The notes under the pieces: generated by a model
Databases searched by the model: none
The model's input: only the letters and a program-made list of their open reading frames with translations
Told to the model about the DNA's origin: nothing
Part shown: in pieces, positions 24,101 to 36,100 of the stretch
Position numbering within the stretch: the stretch's first letter is position 1
How the letters are laid out: the number at the start of each line of letters is the position of its first letter
Program-made: the position numbers and the translations under genes
Assembly: GCA_002269645.1 (NCBI GenBank)
Contig: NIVC01003278.1
Span: 43,534-107,533, forward strand
Direction of reading: 5' to 3'
Origin: Macrostomum lignano
Lineage: Eukaryota
DNA: 64,000 nucleotides

Positions 24101-27100
24101 CATTTTATTAGTAGTACGTTGTGGCGGCCAGACTGGTGCACGGTCGAGAGCGGGGCCCGCCTGTGCACAGGCCCCTGCACGCCTGGCTGCTGGGGAGTTT
24201 TGCCCAGCCAGCCAGTTCGCTCTGACTCACACCTCCCTATTCTCTCAAGTATAAAGACTATGCTTAAACAAATATACACAAGATCTTTTGCTCGCTTGCT
24301 GTTGCTGCTTTTCAAGCTTCCACTCGCAAGCCGCTTCATTGGTGAGCCCTACGCAGCCATTTCGTGCAATGGCCCAACACACCGACTCTGCTGTGTCCCT
24401 GAAGCTGCCCACGTTTTGGGCGGCCCAGCCTCGAGCCTGGTTCATCCAGGCCGAAGCTCAGTTCACCCTGAGAGGCATCACTCAGGACGAGACCAAGTAC
24501 GCCCATCTGGTCGCAGCTCTTGACCAGCAGACAGCAGAGTGCCTACTCGATGTGCTCGAGGCTCCTCCGGAGGCGAACAAGTACGCTCAGCTAAAGGAGC
24601 GCCTCAACAGCACTTTCGATTTGACTCCTCAGCAGCGGGCGAGTCGCCTGCTCAGCATGTCCGGCCTCGGCGACCGGCGGCCTTCCGAGCTGATGGACGA
24701 GATGCTTGCCCTGCTGGGGAACCACCGCCCCTGCCTGCTATTCGAGGAGCTGTTCCGCCAGCAGCTGCCACCGGAAGTACGCATGGCCATGACAACCGTC
24801 AGTTTCGCGGACCCCCGGGCAGCAGCGCAGCAGGCGGACAAGCTCTGGGCCAGCCGGCCGCAGCTGGTGGCGGCCTCCGTCCAGCAGCCGGCGGTAGAGC
24901 TGGCCCAGCAAGCCCAGCCGGCGGTCTCTGCGGCCAGCAGGGGCGCCAGACAGAGACGGCCCCAGCAGCACCGCCAGGACGACGGCCTGTGTTTCTTTCA
25001 CCGTCGTTTCGGTGCGAAAGCCCGCCGCTGTGAACTCCCGTGCAGCTTCCAGGGAAACGGGCAGGCCGGCCGTCAGTGAACAGCTCGACAGCCGGCAACA
25101 GCAGCAGCCTGCTCCTCATCCCGGATGTGCAGACGGGCCGGCGTTTCCTGGTCGACACCGGCGCCGAGGTCAGCATTTTCCCCGTCGCTGGTTCCGACGC
25201 CCGCCTGCACTCGCCAGGCCCGCCGCTTTTCGCAGCCAACGGCAGCCTCATCCGAACCTTCGGCACCCGCCAGCTCACGTTGGACCTCGGCATCCGGCGC
25301 TGCTCCTGGCCGTTCCTTCTGGCCGAGGTCTCCCGCCCGCTGATCGGCGCCGACTTTCTGCGGCACCACGGCCTGCTGGTGGACCTGCCGCACCGGCGCC
25401 TCGACGCCCGCTCGCTCGCCAGCGTGCACCTGCTGGATGGCGCGGGGCCCGGACTGCAACTCGCCGCAGCCGCTGCTGCGGACCCGTACAGCCAGCTGTT
25501 GGCCGAGTTCCCCGCCCTCACCGAGCCCAGTTTCCAGCGGGCTGAGCCACGACACGGGGTGGAGCACCACATCCCGACGCAGGGCCCGCCGGTCCATGCC
25601 CGCCCTCGCCGCCTGCCGCCAGACAAGCTGGCGGTGGCCAAGGAAGAGTTCCGGCTCCTGGAGCAGCTCGGAATCGTTCGTCAGTCCAACAGCCCTTGGT
25701 CCTCGCCGTTGCATATGGTCCCAAAAGCCTCCGGTGGCTGGCGGCCCTGCGGCGATTTCAGGCGGCTAAACGACGCCACGGTGCCCGACCGCTACCCGGT
25801 GCCGCACATCCAGGACTTCTCAGTGCGCCTAGCCGGCTGCTCGGTTTTCTCCAAGATCGACCTGGTTTGTGGCTACCACCAGGTGCCCGTGGCCGCAGCC
25901 GACGTGCCCAAGACCGCCGTCACCACCCCGTTCGGCCTCTTTGAGTTTCTGCGAATGCCATTCGGTCTCAAGAATGCCGCCCAGGCCTTCCAGCGGTTAG
26001 TGGACTCCATCTGCCAAGACCTGGACTTTGTCTTCGCCTACATCGACGACTTCCTGGTCGCTAGCCACAGCCCGCAAAAGCACCTGGAGCACCTGCGGAC
26101 GCTTTTCCAGCGCCTGGCGGACAACGGCCTTATCGTCAACCCGGCCAAGTGCGAGTTCGGCCGCAGCGAGATCGACTTCCTCGGCCACCGGATCAGCGCC
26201 CAGGGAGCCGTGCCGCTGCCCGCCAAAGTCGACGCCATCGCCAGATTCGCACCGCCAGCCACCGTCAAGGGCCTGCAGGAGTTCGCCGGCATGGTGAATT
26301 TCTACCACCGCTTCGTGCCGCGCGCCGCCCAGCTGCTGCGCCCCATCCATGCGGCCACGGCCGGCAAGGAGAAGTTCGTCCGGTGGACGCCCGAGCTGAC
26401 CGCCGCTTTCGATGGAGCGAAGCGGGCGCTGGCCTCCGCCGCCATGCTGGCAAATCCGCGGCCAGACGCGCCCATCGCCCTCACCGTCGACGCCTCCGAT
26501 ACCGCGGTCGGGGCAGCGCTCGAGCAGCGGGTTGGCAGCGCCTGGCAGCCGCTCGCCTTCTTCAGCCGGCAGCTGCGCCCGCCCGAGCAGAAGTACAGCG
26601 CGTTCGACCGCGAGCTGCTCGCCCTGTACCTGGCGGTCCGGCACTTTCGCTATTTTCTGGAGGGCCGCACGTTCACCGCTTTCACGGACCACAAGCCGCT
26701 GGTCGCCGCCATGTCCAAGATGTCCGATCCGTGGTTCGCCCGACAGCAGCGCCACCTGGTCCACGTGTCCGAGTTCACCACGGACATCCAGCACGTGGCG
26801 GGCAAAGACAACTCGGTCGCAGACGCGCTGTCCCGCTGCACGGTCTCTTCCGTGCAGCCCCGGCTGCTCCCCGGCGTGGATTTCGCGTCCATGGCCCAGG
26901 CGCAGGCGGCCGATACGGCCAGTCAGGAGGACGCCAGCCTCCAGCTTGAGCCGCTGCAGCTCAGCCCCGGTGTCGCTCTGCTCTGCGACATCTCCACAGG
27001 CCGGCCGCGCCCGTTGGTGCCGCCGAATTTCAGACGCCCTGTCTTCGACGCCATCCGCGGCCTCGCCCACCCGTCCGTCCGCAGCACGCGGCGCCTCGTG

Positions 27101-30100
27101 GCCGCCAAGTTCGTGTGGGCCGGCATGAACAAGGACGTTAGCCGGTGGGTCCGGTCCTGTGTTGCCTGCCAGACGACCAAGGCGCACCGGCACGTCGCCG
27201 CCCCGGTTGACAACATCCGCGTCCCGGACCAGCGCTTCGCCCACGTGCACGTCGATCTGGTGGGGCCGCTGCCGCCTTCGCAAGGCTTCACGCACCTGCT
27301 GACTATCGTGGACCGTTTCACCCGGTGGCCGGAGGCGATCCCGATGACCGACACCTCCGCGGCCGGGTGCGCCTCCGCCTTCATCGCCCACTGGATCGCC
27401 AGGTTTGGAGTGCCAAGCGACATCACCTCGGACCGCGGCTCGCAGTTCACGTCGCTGCTGTGGTCCAACGTCTCACGGCTGCAGCTCCACCGGACAACGG
27501 CTTTCCATCCGCAGGCGAACGGGCTGGTCGAGCGTTTCCACCGGCAGCTGAAGTCCTCCCTCATGGCGCGACTGGCCGGACCAGCCTGGGTCAGCGAGCT
27601 GCCCTGGGTGCTGCTCGGCATCCGGACGGCCCCCAAGGAGGACCTGCCGGCATCGTCGGCCGAGCTGGTCTACGGAGCGCCCCTCTGCGTGCCTGGCGAG
27701 TGCCTGCAGCCCAGTACGCCGGCCGGCGTCCACAACCAGTTCCTGGCCCGGCTCCGCGGCGCCGTCCAGGCATTCCGGCCGACGCCTACGTCCCGTCACG
27801 GCAGCCGCTCCACAGCTTAGCCGGCCGCCCTCGACGCCTGCCAGTTCGTTTTCGTCCGGCGCGCCGGCCACCGCCCTCCGCTGCAGCGACTTTACGACGG
27901 CCCGTTCAAGGTCTTCGAGCGGAACGCCAAAGCTTTCCTGCTGGACCTGGGCACTCGACGCGACCGAGTGTCAGTGGAGAGACTGAAGCCAGCCGTCATC
28001 GACGCGGTCGACCCGTTCCCGACGCCGGCCCTGCGACCGAGAGGCAGCCCGCCGCGGCTGCCCGCTGAGCCGCCCCCAGCGCACTCTGCCGCCGAGCCCG
28101 TCTCTTCAGCTGGCGACATTCCGCCGGCCCAACGCACTGCTGCTTTCCCCAGCCGCCGACTGCCACCCCGCCGGTGCCGTCCGAGCCCGGCGGCCTTGGC
28201 CGAATAGCTCGGTGCTGGGGGGGGGGAGCTCTGTGGCGGCCAATGGTGCACGGTCAAGAGCGGGGCCCGCCTGTGCACAGGCCCCTGCACGCCTGGCTGC
28301 TGGGGAGTTTTGCCCAGCCAGCCAGTTCGCTCTGACTCACACCTCCCTATTCTCTCAAGTACGAGTATAAAGACTATGCTTAAACAAATATACACAAGAT
28401 CTTTTGCTCGCTTGCTGCTTTTCAAGCTTCCACTCGCAAGCCGCTTCAACGTACTATATGCAAGATAGGCTATCACGATGGACTGAACAATCTATCTATG
28501 AATACAAATATAGAGACCTGAAGAGATTTTGAAATCTCAGGAGAAATCAGGGCGGACACCTGAAAAGTCAGGTGATAACAATGACCTCAGGTACATGCAA
28601 GAGAGACATGAAGGTTCATAAGAATACAGGGGATATTTAGGAGGATAACAAAGACGTAAAGTTTGTTCAGAAATAACAGGGGCCTGAAGATTGAGAGGAT
28701 AAGTGAGGTCGGGAAATGCAGAGGTTAACAGAGGCCTGAAAGTGCAGGAGACAACAGAGATCTGAAATTTCAAGCATTAACAGTAGAACTACCAAGAGGG
28801 GGGGGGAAAAATTTCCCCCCCCTGACAATTTTTTTTGCTGCGCCGGAACGGAGCAACGCAGGCACACGAAATTCAAGAACACGGGCTAACTTCTTGTTGC
28901 GCACCTTCTCAAACAAGAATCAAGTCGCCAACCCTCCGGACCGTCGAGATATTCGACGATTCTGCCAGAAGGTCGGATTTTTCCCATAAGCGCTAGTGTA
29001 TTCAGTACACCCCTGTGCGCCAATTAGCACTGAGCCTCAGTGCAGCCTTGCCAAGTCTCCAAATTTCATCAGCACGTCGACCAAATGTGTCTGCATCAGC
29101 TCTGACTTCGTTGGTTACTGGCCCTCACCGAGACGGAGCTTCTAGACCTTCAACAGGTGGCACCAGGTGACTATGAACACCTTGATGCGAATTTCTCGAG
29201 TTTCACCGATCAAGCCTCGACAGTAGGCAAGCCTCAACTGCCGGACACCCTCAGCTAGTCTCCTGAGCATTCCGTCATCATCCCGACACCGTCGGCTCCT
29301 TCAACAGGTGGCATCAGGTGACTATGGACGTCCTTTTGCAACTATGTCAGGTCTTTCTTATCAAGCTTCAATAATGAGCAAACCTCAACCGACGGACATT
29401 GTCAGCTAGTCTCTCAAGCATTCCGTCATCATCCCGACGCCGTCGGCTCCTTCAACAGATGACACCAAGTGACTATGGACACCCTGATGCGAATTTCTCT
29501 AGTTTCGCCGATCAAGCCTCGACAGTAGGCAAGCCTCAACTGCTCGACACCTTCAGCTAGTCTCCTAAGCATTCCGTCATCATCCCGACGCCGTCGGCTC
29601 CTTCAACAGATGACACCAAGTGACTATGGACACCCTGATGCGAATTTCTCTAGTTTCGCCGATCAAGCCTCGACAGTAGGCAAGCCTCAACTGCTCGACA
29701 CCTTCAGCTAGTCTCCTAAGCATTCCGTCATCATCCCGACGCCGTCGGCTCCTTCAACAGATGACACCAAGTGACTATGGACACCCTGATGCGAATTTCT
29801 CTAGTTTCGCCGATCAAGCCTCGACAGTAGGCAAGCCTCAACTGCTCGACACCTTCAGCTAGTCTCCTAAGCATTCCGTCATCATCCCGACGCCGTCGGC
29901 TCCTTCAACAGATGACACCAAGTGACTATGGACACCCTGATGCGAATTTCTCTAGTTCCGCCGATCAAGCCTCGACAGTAGGCAAGCCTCAACTGCTGGA
30001 CACCTTCAGCTAGTCTCCTAAGCATTCCGTCATCATCCCGACACCGTCGGCACCTTCAACAGGTGGCATCAGGTGACTATGGACGTCCTTTTGCAACTAT

Positions 30101-33100
30101 GTCAGGTCTTTCTTATCAAGCTTCAATAATGAGCAAACCTCAACCGACGGACATTGTCAGCTAGTCTCTCGAGCATTCCGTCATCATCCCGACGCCGTCA
30201 GCTCCTTCAGCAGATTACACCAGGGACTATGGACAGCCTGATAAGAATTTCTCTAGTTTTGCCGATCAAGCCTCGATAGTGGGCAAAAATCAACTGCTGG
30301 ACATCCTCAGCTAGTCAGTCAAGCATTTAGCCATCACCCTGACGCCGTCGGCACCTTCAACAGGTGGCGACTTGATTCTTGTTTGAGAAGGTGCGCAACA
30401 AGAAGTTAGCCCGTGTTCTTGAATTTCGTGTGCCTGCGTTGCTCCGTTCCGGCGCAGCAAAAAAAATTGTCAGGGGGGGGGAAATTTTTCCCCCCCTCTT
30501 GGTAGTTCGACGGGCGGAAAAATGGCTTGGTATTCCTACTGTTAATAGAGACATACATGTAGAGGTTCAAGGGAGATACATACAAATACTGTTATAGGTA
30601 TTAAAATCAAAACGGAATTTATTAAAACAAATACATGCATGTATTACCTGCTAATAATTTGATGCCAATTATTATTTGGATTCATTGAGTAAAGAATCTA
30701 CATGCAATACTTAACAAAAACATATTACACTGCAAGTACTTTAAATACGAGAGTTCAAGTGAGTTGCTAGCCCATTATTCAACTCAGTTGCATACTATAA
30801 AATCTAACATTGTTGTTGTTTTATCGCGGAAGCAACTTTAGAAAGCTATGTGAAAATATCCAGTATGAGTATTATAATTCCATGAATTGAAAAAATAGCT
30901 ATGGTCCAATATTATCCATTATCAAGCCGCGCACAAAAGGCAAAATGATGGAAGACATTTTAAAATAAATGACTGTCTTTTAGAAAATTAATTCGCCGAA
31001 TTTTTCCGAGTATCAGTCAGTTTGGTTTAACAGACGGACGGCAGCAAATACGAGACAGAAAAATTAAACAAATGTACTGCTGCCGTCGAACTACTAAGAT
31101 TAATACATTATGCGAATTTAAAAAAACCCGCTAAGTATTTTTGTTAAAAAAGACTTAAAAACAAGGACTCTTTAGACTTGGTTTAACAAAATTGCTTGCG
31201 AGAATAGTTTCTTACTAAATCCTAATGGCGACAGCACTGCATTGGGTCTAAAGCAGACAATTTGATAATGAGAGAATTGCAGCATTTTTAGTAGTTAAAA
31301 ATCTTACACTTCTCTCGATTGTCGGGTGGTCAACTGACCTCTCTAGAAGACCCCACTGAGCCTGCAAAATTGATGGGGTCTGCTGAATCTGGTTTATCGA
31401 CCCTAATTTTGCTTACAGTTTTTAAACAAGCAAAAACGCAGAACTAAAATAATCAATATCGTCAAGGCTACTCAAAATCTACTCAGTCTTTTTGTCCTCA
31501 CTTGCCGCTAGCGCAGACCCAACAGTCGTAGACGCTTTGGCCCCAGTCTGCGAATCAACCTTCGATCTGGGCGGAGCCGGCAGCACAAAAGTGGCCGCCA
31601 ATGCAACAAACACAACAATGTGTCCGGTCCACATCATTGTGCCATGGTAGTAGGACAATACCAAGTTGAGGTGCAGCAGAGTGAACGGCACCACAATGTA
31701 AGCCAGGATTAGTTGCGTACAGAACCAAGTGATAACGTGGTACAATAGCAGCTGATTGGCTGCCAAAAATCGCGGTCTGAAAATCCTGCGAATCCGTCTG
31801 GCGGCAACCGTGGTCGGCACAGCGAACAGGAATGTGAAATAATAGCCGGGATAAAATCCATGCCACATTGCCGACAATACAAATGTGCCAATCATTTTAA
31901 ACTTTGGCGGCAGTCGACTGTAAGCTAGCAGTCTTAACCACGCGTTCGTTGAAGTGTTCCACGCGTCGATGTAGGACCGCATCGATGTGGCCGTTTCGAG
32001 ACCCATGATGCTGACATTTTTTATGCCGGTCCAGTCCTCTTTCTGTCGGTCGTAGCCGTACCCAGCAGCCAGTTGAATACAGCTGCCCAGATTCCAGGCG
32101 AAATAGTACTTCAATCTAGCCACCATCATCACCAGGTAGGTTAGAAATACGCGAACTAGGAATGGCCGTTGTTGAGCATAGCCCAACAGCGTGTCTGGCT
32201 GCCACCTTGGCGCCAGCACAAGCATCAAAGAAACCAGCACCAGAGTCAGTAGCATGTGCCGCACTAGAGCTCTCTTGCGTCCTCTGGCTTTGAAATTGAG
32301 CGGCTGCTCCTCCATGAAGTGAATGTACTCAGAGTAGAAGGAAATCGGGCCAACAACAACTCCGTGAAAGAAGAACACAAATGAAGCCAACTGAAGCAGG
32401 GTTGGCTTCTTCTCGACCATGAGTCTTTGATTCTCCTCTGGCAGTCGGTCGCGATCTTTGCGCGAATAGTCGTGCAAGCTGAAGGCCAGTGCAGTCAGCT
32501 TCTGGGTGCTGATCATCACGGGCGCGGTGAAGTCCACGGTGCCCAGATCCTTCTGCATAATTCGTTTCACCTGCACAGGTTATGGGGAGGTTCCGGAGTG
32601 GGTTTTCGTCCAACTGCATCAAAACGTTTTACAGGTTCAAAGAAAAGAAAATCCAAGCAAATACTTCTGAAGTCAAAGGACCTAACACTTTGATTCGATA
32701 TGGCCTTTAAAAATTCGAAGTTCATGCCTAGGAGCAAGCAGTTCAATACTGAATGGGAGAATCAAGCTATTGAATACTTGCTTTTCATTGTCTATGGCCC
32801 ATCAGGGGGTCTGTGGAGCAGTCAATCTGGGAATTTCGGAGCGCAATTAATCCTTTCCACTGCTGTGCCAGCCTCAGACCATAGACAATAGCAGACGTCA
32901 TCAGACAAACAAACGGCAGACAAGGAATTTTAGCGAGAAGCCGAGAGCAGTGACGCAAAGTTTTGCTACATGTACAACTCAAGATGCCACAGAATATTGC
33001 AAGATAAGCAACGGAAAGTGCACGACCGGATTGTCGCTGCGATCGAAATTAATTGCCAATTTTAATTTCGTTATACAATCTGTTTGCAGACGTTGTTTCA

Positions 33101-36100
33101 GCAAATACAGGAGGATTTTACTGTGGCAAGCATTGGTTGCGCGATTGAAATTCTAAAATTGGCTGCTCCACAAACCCTCTGTTGGACTATAGACAGTGAA
33201 ATTAAGCAAGTCTTTAATAGAGCTCTTGATTTTCCCGCTGAGGATCAAATTTCGTGTTCCTTATGCTCAATTGGCTTGAAAAATGCTATATTGCGACTAT
33301 CATTAATGCAAGAAAATTCCTGGCTCAGTGAGTGCTTTAGCATAGATGCCATTTGAAAAGTCTATGGCCATTATAGCTTTTTGCGATTGAATTCAGCCAA
33401 ACTGCAAAACCTTTAAGCCCATGAGATTTTGCCTTCACTTCGGCGGCTTCTACCATAGACTATTTAGGACACACCGGCTAGCTGTGTGAGAAAATCACTG
33501 ACTGGAAGGTCTTGGCTGAAAGGTTTTTTCAGTTTGGTGAATTCATTTACAAAAGCGGGACAGCTAGCCGGTGTGTCCTAAAAAGTCTATGGTAAAAACA
33601 GCTGAAGTGAAGGAAAAATCTCCATTGGCTGAAAGGTTTTAAAGTTTGGCTAAATTCAATCGCGAAAAGCTATATTTCTCCTGATTTGTCGATTTAGGTT
33701 CAACAACTCAATTTTCAGGATATTTCGGTATTTCCGAGGAGTTCGCGGTTTGAAAATTTTCTGAACTTCAAAAAATAGTTAGAATTTGCAATTTTGTTCC
33801 TTAGACTGGATAATGGCACCTGTTTCCTCTGACAATTGCAGTCAATTTTTGTTTGTTCCAGCGTAGCTAACAGTGAATGGTGCTTTCTCGAACTCATACC
33901 GGAAGAACACAATAAATTTAACCTTCTTAGACGAATTGGACATCAATAATAAATGATTTAACTGCAAAAAGCCTATTGTCTAGGTAGTCCCGTCATTGTT
34001 CTCTCATGGCTACATATTGTAGGCCAGCACGGTGATGTTGACTTTATTTAGAAATTAAAAGAAAATTAAAATTTGGGAGCTTTGAAATTAGAGAAACGCT
34101 ACTACTTAAGAAGCCTGAAGGTCATACTCATGTGATGCCTAGATTCGAGGTGGCGGTATTGGGTTCGGGGTTCCCAAAGGAATGTTTAGGATTGGGTATT
34201 CGGGATGAACCCCGAACCCCGAAAAAAGGAACTAATCTTCGAAACTATTATTCGCACTTATAGTAGCTATAGTTTATAAGCTCAATGTTCCATCCAGAGT
34301 GAGTTTTTTAAGGTAATATAGATCAGATTACATAAATTCATGGCTCTCTAAATTTGTTAATAAAAGTGCACAAAACAGGTTACCTGCAGGTAGCACAGAA
34401 TAGCCATGGAATCGATGAGTATGAGCATAGCAGCGGAGCGCGAGTCTCGAACAGTGCTCAGAATCAGCCAAGCCAGACCGACTTGAAGGATGATATAGAG
34501 CACATTGGAGCCAAAGATCACCGATAGGAATAAAATGCCAAGAACTGCGGCGATCCGATGCAGCGCATCGGTGCTTAGTAACTGACGATTCTTAGCCACG
34601 TAGAATCCGGCAGCGCATACGATTGACAGCGAGTGCACCAAAACGAATAAAAGTTCACCTCGGTCGAGACTGATCAAACCAAATATCACCTGCTTGCCGT
34701 CGTCCAGTTGCTGTTGCTGAGCCATAAGTGTTTATAGTTGATCTGTAAAAATGTGCAAGCAATTCAGTGTCTATCAATCATCCGCGATGATATGGGTCGA
34801 TTCTATTTCTATCATTAGTTCGTGCTATCTCTGAAATGAAAAGTAGCTAGCGCACCCTGACGTCCTAAGACCTTAGTTACACTCTTCTCTGCATGCACAA
34901 TGTCTGATACATAATCGGAGGAAGGCTTCGGTCTGGGCTGGGCTATAAAAGGGGGTTACGGAACTGCCAACACAAGCCAAGCCCCGCAGAGCATGTGGAC
35001 TGCAGAGTGTACACTCTCCACTCTCTTCATTCTTGAAAAGACGAGAAAATTGCCTCTCCCTCAGTGGGTAACCTCCCCCCCACTCTCTCTTACCAATAGC
35101 TATAGGCTTAACAGATTTTGTGCATTGAAATATTTAGGGGGGACGGACGGAAGGGGGTACGGCTGGCAACGCGCTTCTGTGCCTGTACGTACCCCGCCGC
35201 GTCCTCTGGGTCGTCTTCAGTTCGGCACTCGCACAAGCTGTGTGAGTCATTGTATAGCTTTGCACACGCACACACAATTACCCCACATTTGGTTATCAAA
35301 ATATATGCCTGTCTGTCTCTGTCTTATACCTTTGAATTTCTATTTTAGTCAACAGAGAGAATTCACTAATAGGAATTTCTCATTGTCATCATCATGCGTA
35401 TGCTGCACTACACTGCGAACTCTCCACACGCCATATTACTGTTGCGATGCGAGTTGAGCGAATTCAGTAAAACTTAGCTCTCTCACTTGAGAGCTCGATC
35501 TCAATACGATATACTCGTATTTCTTGGGTTAGGTATACCATAGACAATATACGACAATATAACAGTTACTAGCTAAAGTCCAATCCAATGGGACCAGTTT
35601 CTGTTCTTTCTCAACAACAGTCAAAAGTTCCACCTGCCAAGCAAATATATTTTTATTCACCACTTACTGTGCATTTTAAATGAGAATTTTTCTCTCTACC
35701 TACGCGTGATTTGTACATGTGGAACTATTGACTGTTGCTGAGTATTTGTACCGTGTTTTATAGCGTTCAGCTCTGGTTATTAAAAATTTGGACAGCAGAT
35801 CTATTGTTGGTGTCACTGTAGTCTATGGTTGGTGTCAGTGTCACTGTAGTCTATGGTTGGTGTCAGTGTCACTGTAGTCTATGTCTATGGTTAGCGTGTT
35901 GTCTATGGTTGGTCTCACTGCAGTCTACATGTATATGGTTGGTGTCACTGCTGTCCATGGTTGGTGTAGTCTATGGTTGGTGTAGTCTATGGTTGGTGTC
36001 ACTGTAATCTATGATTGGTGTCACTGCAGTCTATGGCTGATAAAACTGTAATCTATGGTTGCAGGCGCCACTGTAAAACTAATCCATGGTTGGCGTCACT

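Larger units (their letters stand above)
24120..28448 (+). mobile_element. Full-length Ty3/Gypsy LTR retrotransposon, CsRn1-like clade; LTRs 24120-24338 and 28232-28448; 4-bp TSD ACGT
   Basis: TG...CA LTRs near-identical; ACGT at 24116-24119 and 28449-28452; PBS-like TGGTGAGCCCTACG right after the 5' LTR (resembles the tRNA-Trp complement TGGTGACCCCGACG); G-tract PPT ~28217-28226; gag then pol in PR-RT-RH-IN order. Confidence 0.97.

Noticed and set aside
24799-28476. Long antisense and alternative-frame ORFs (464, 280, 266, 247 aa) over the Gypsy element
   Set aside because: Expected shadow ORFs of very GC-rich coding DNA; no recognisable motifs; no env-like ORF
28515-28550. CTGAAGAG..GAAA as a hammerhead
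   Set aside because: Just a short local hairpin; lacks stems I and III and the cleavage triplet geometry
32700-33360. Coding-like fragments on the plus strand within the MBOAT intron
   Set aside because: Broken by stops and no recognisable domain
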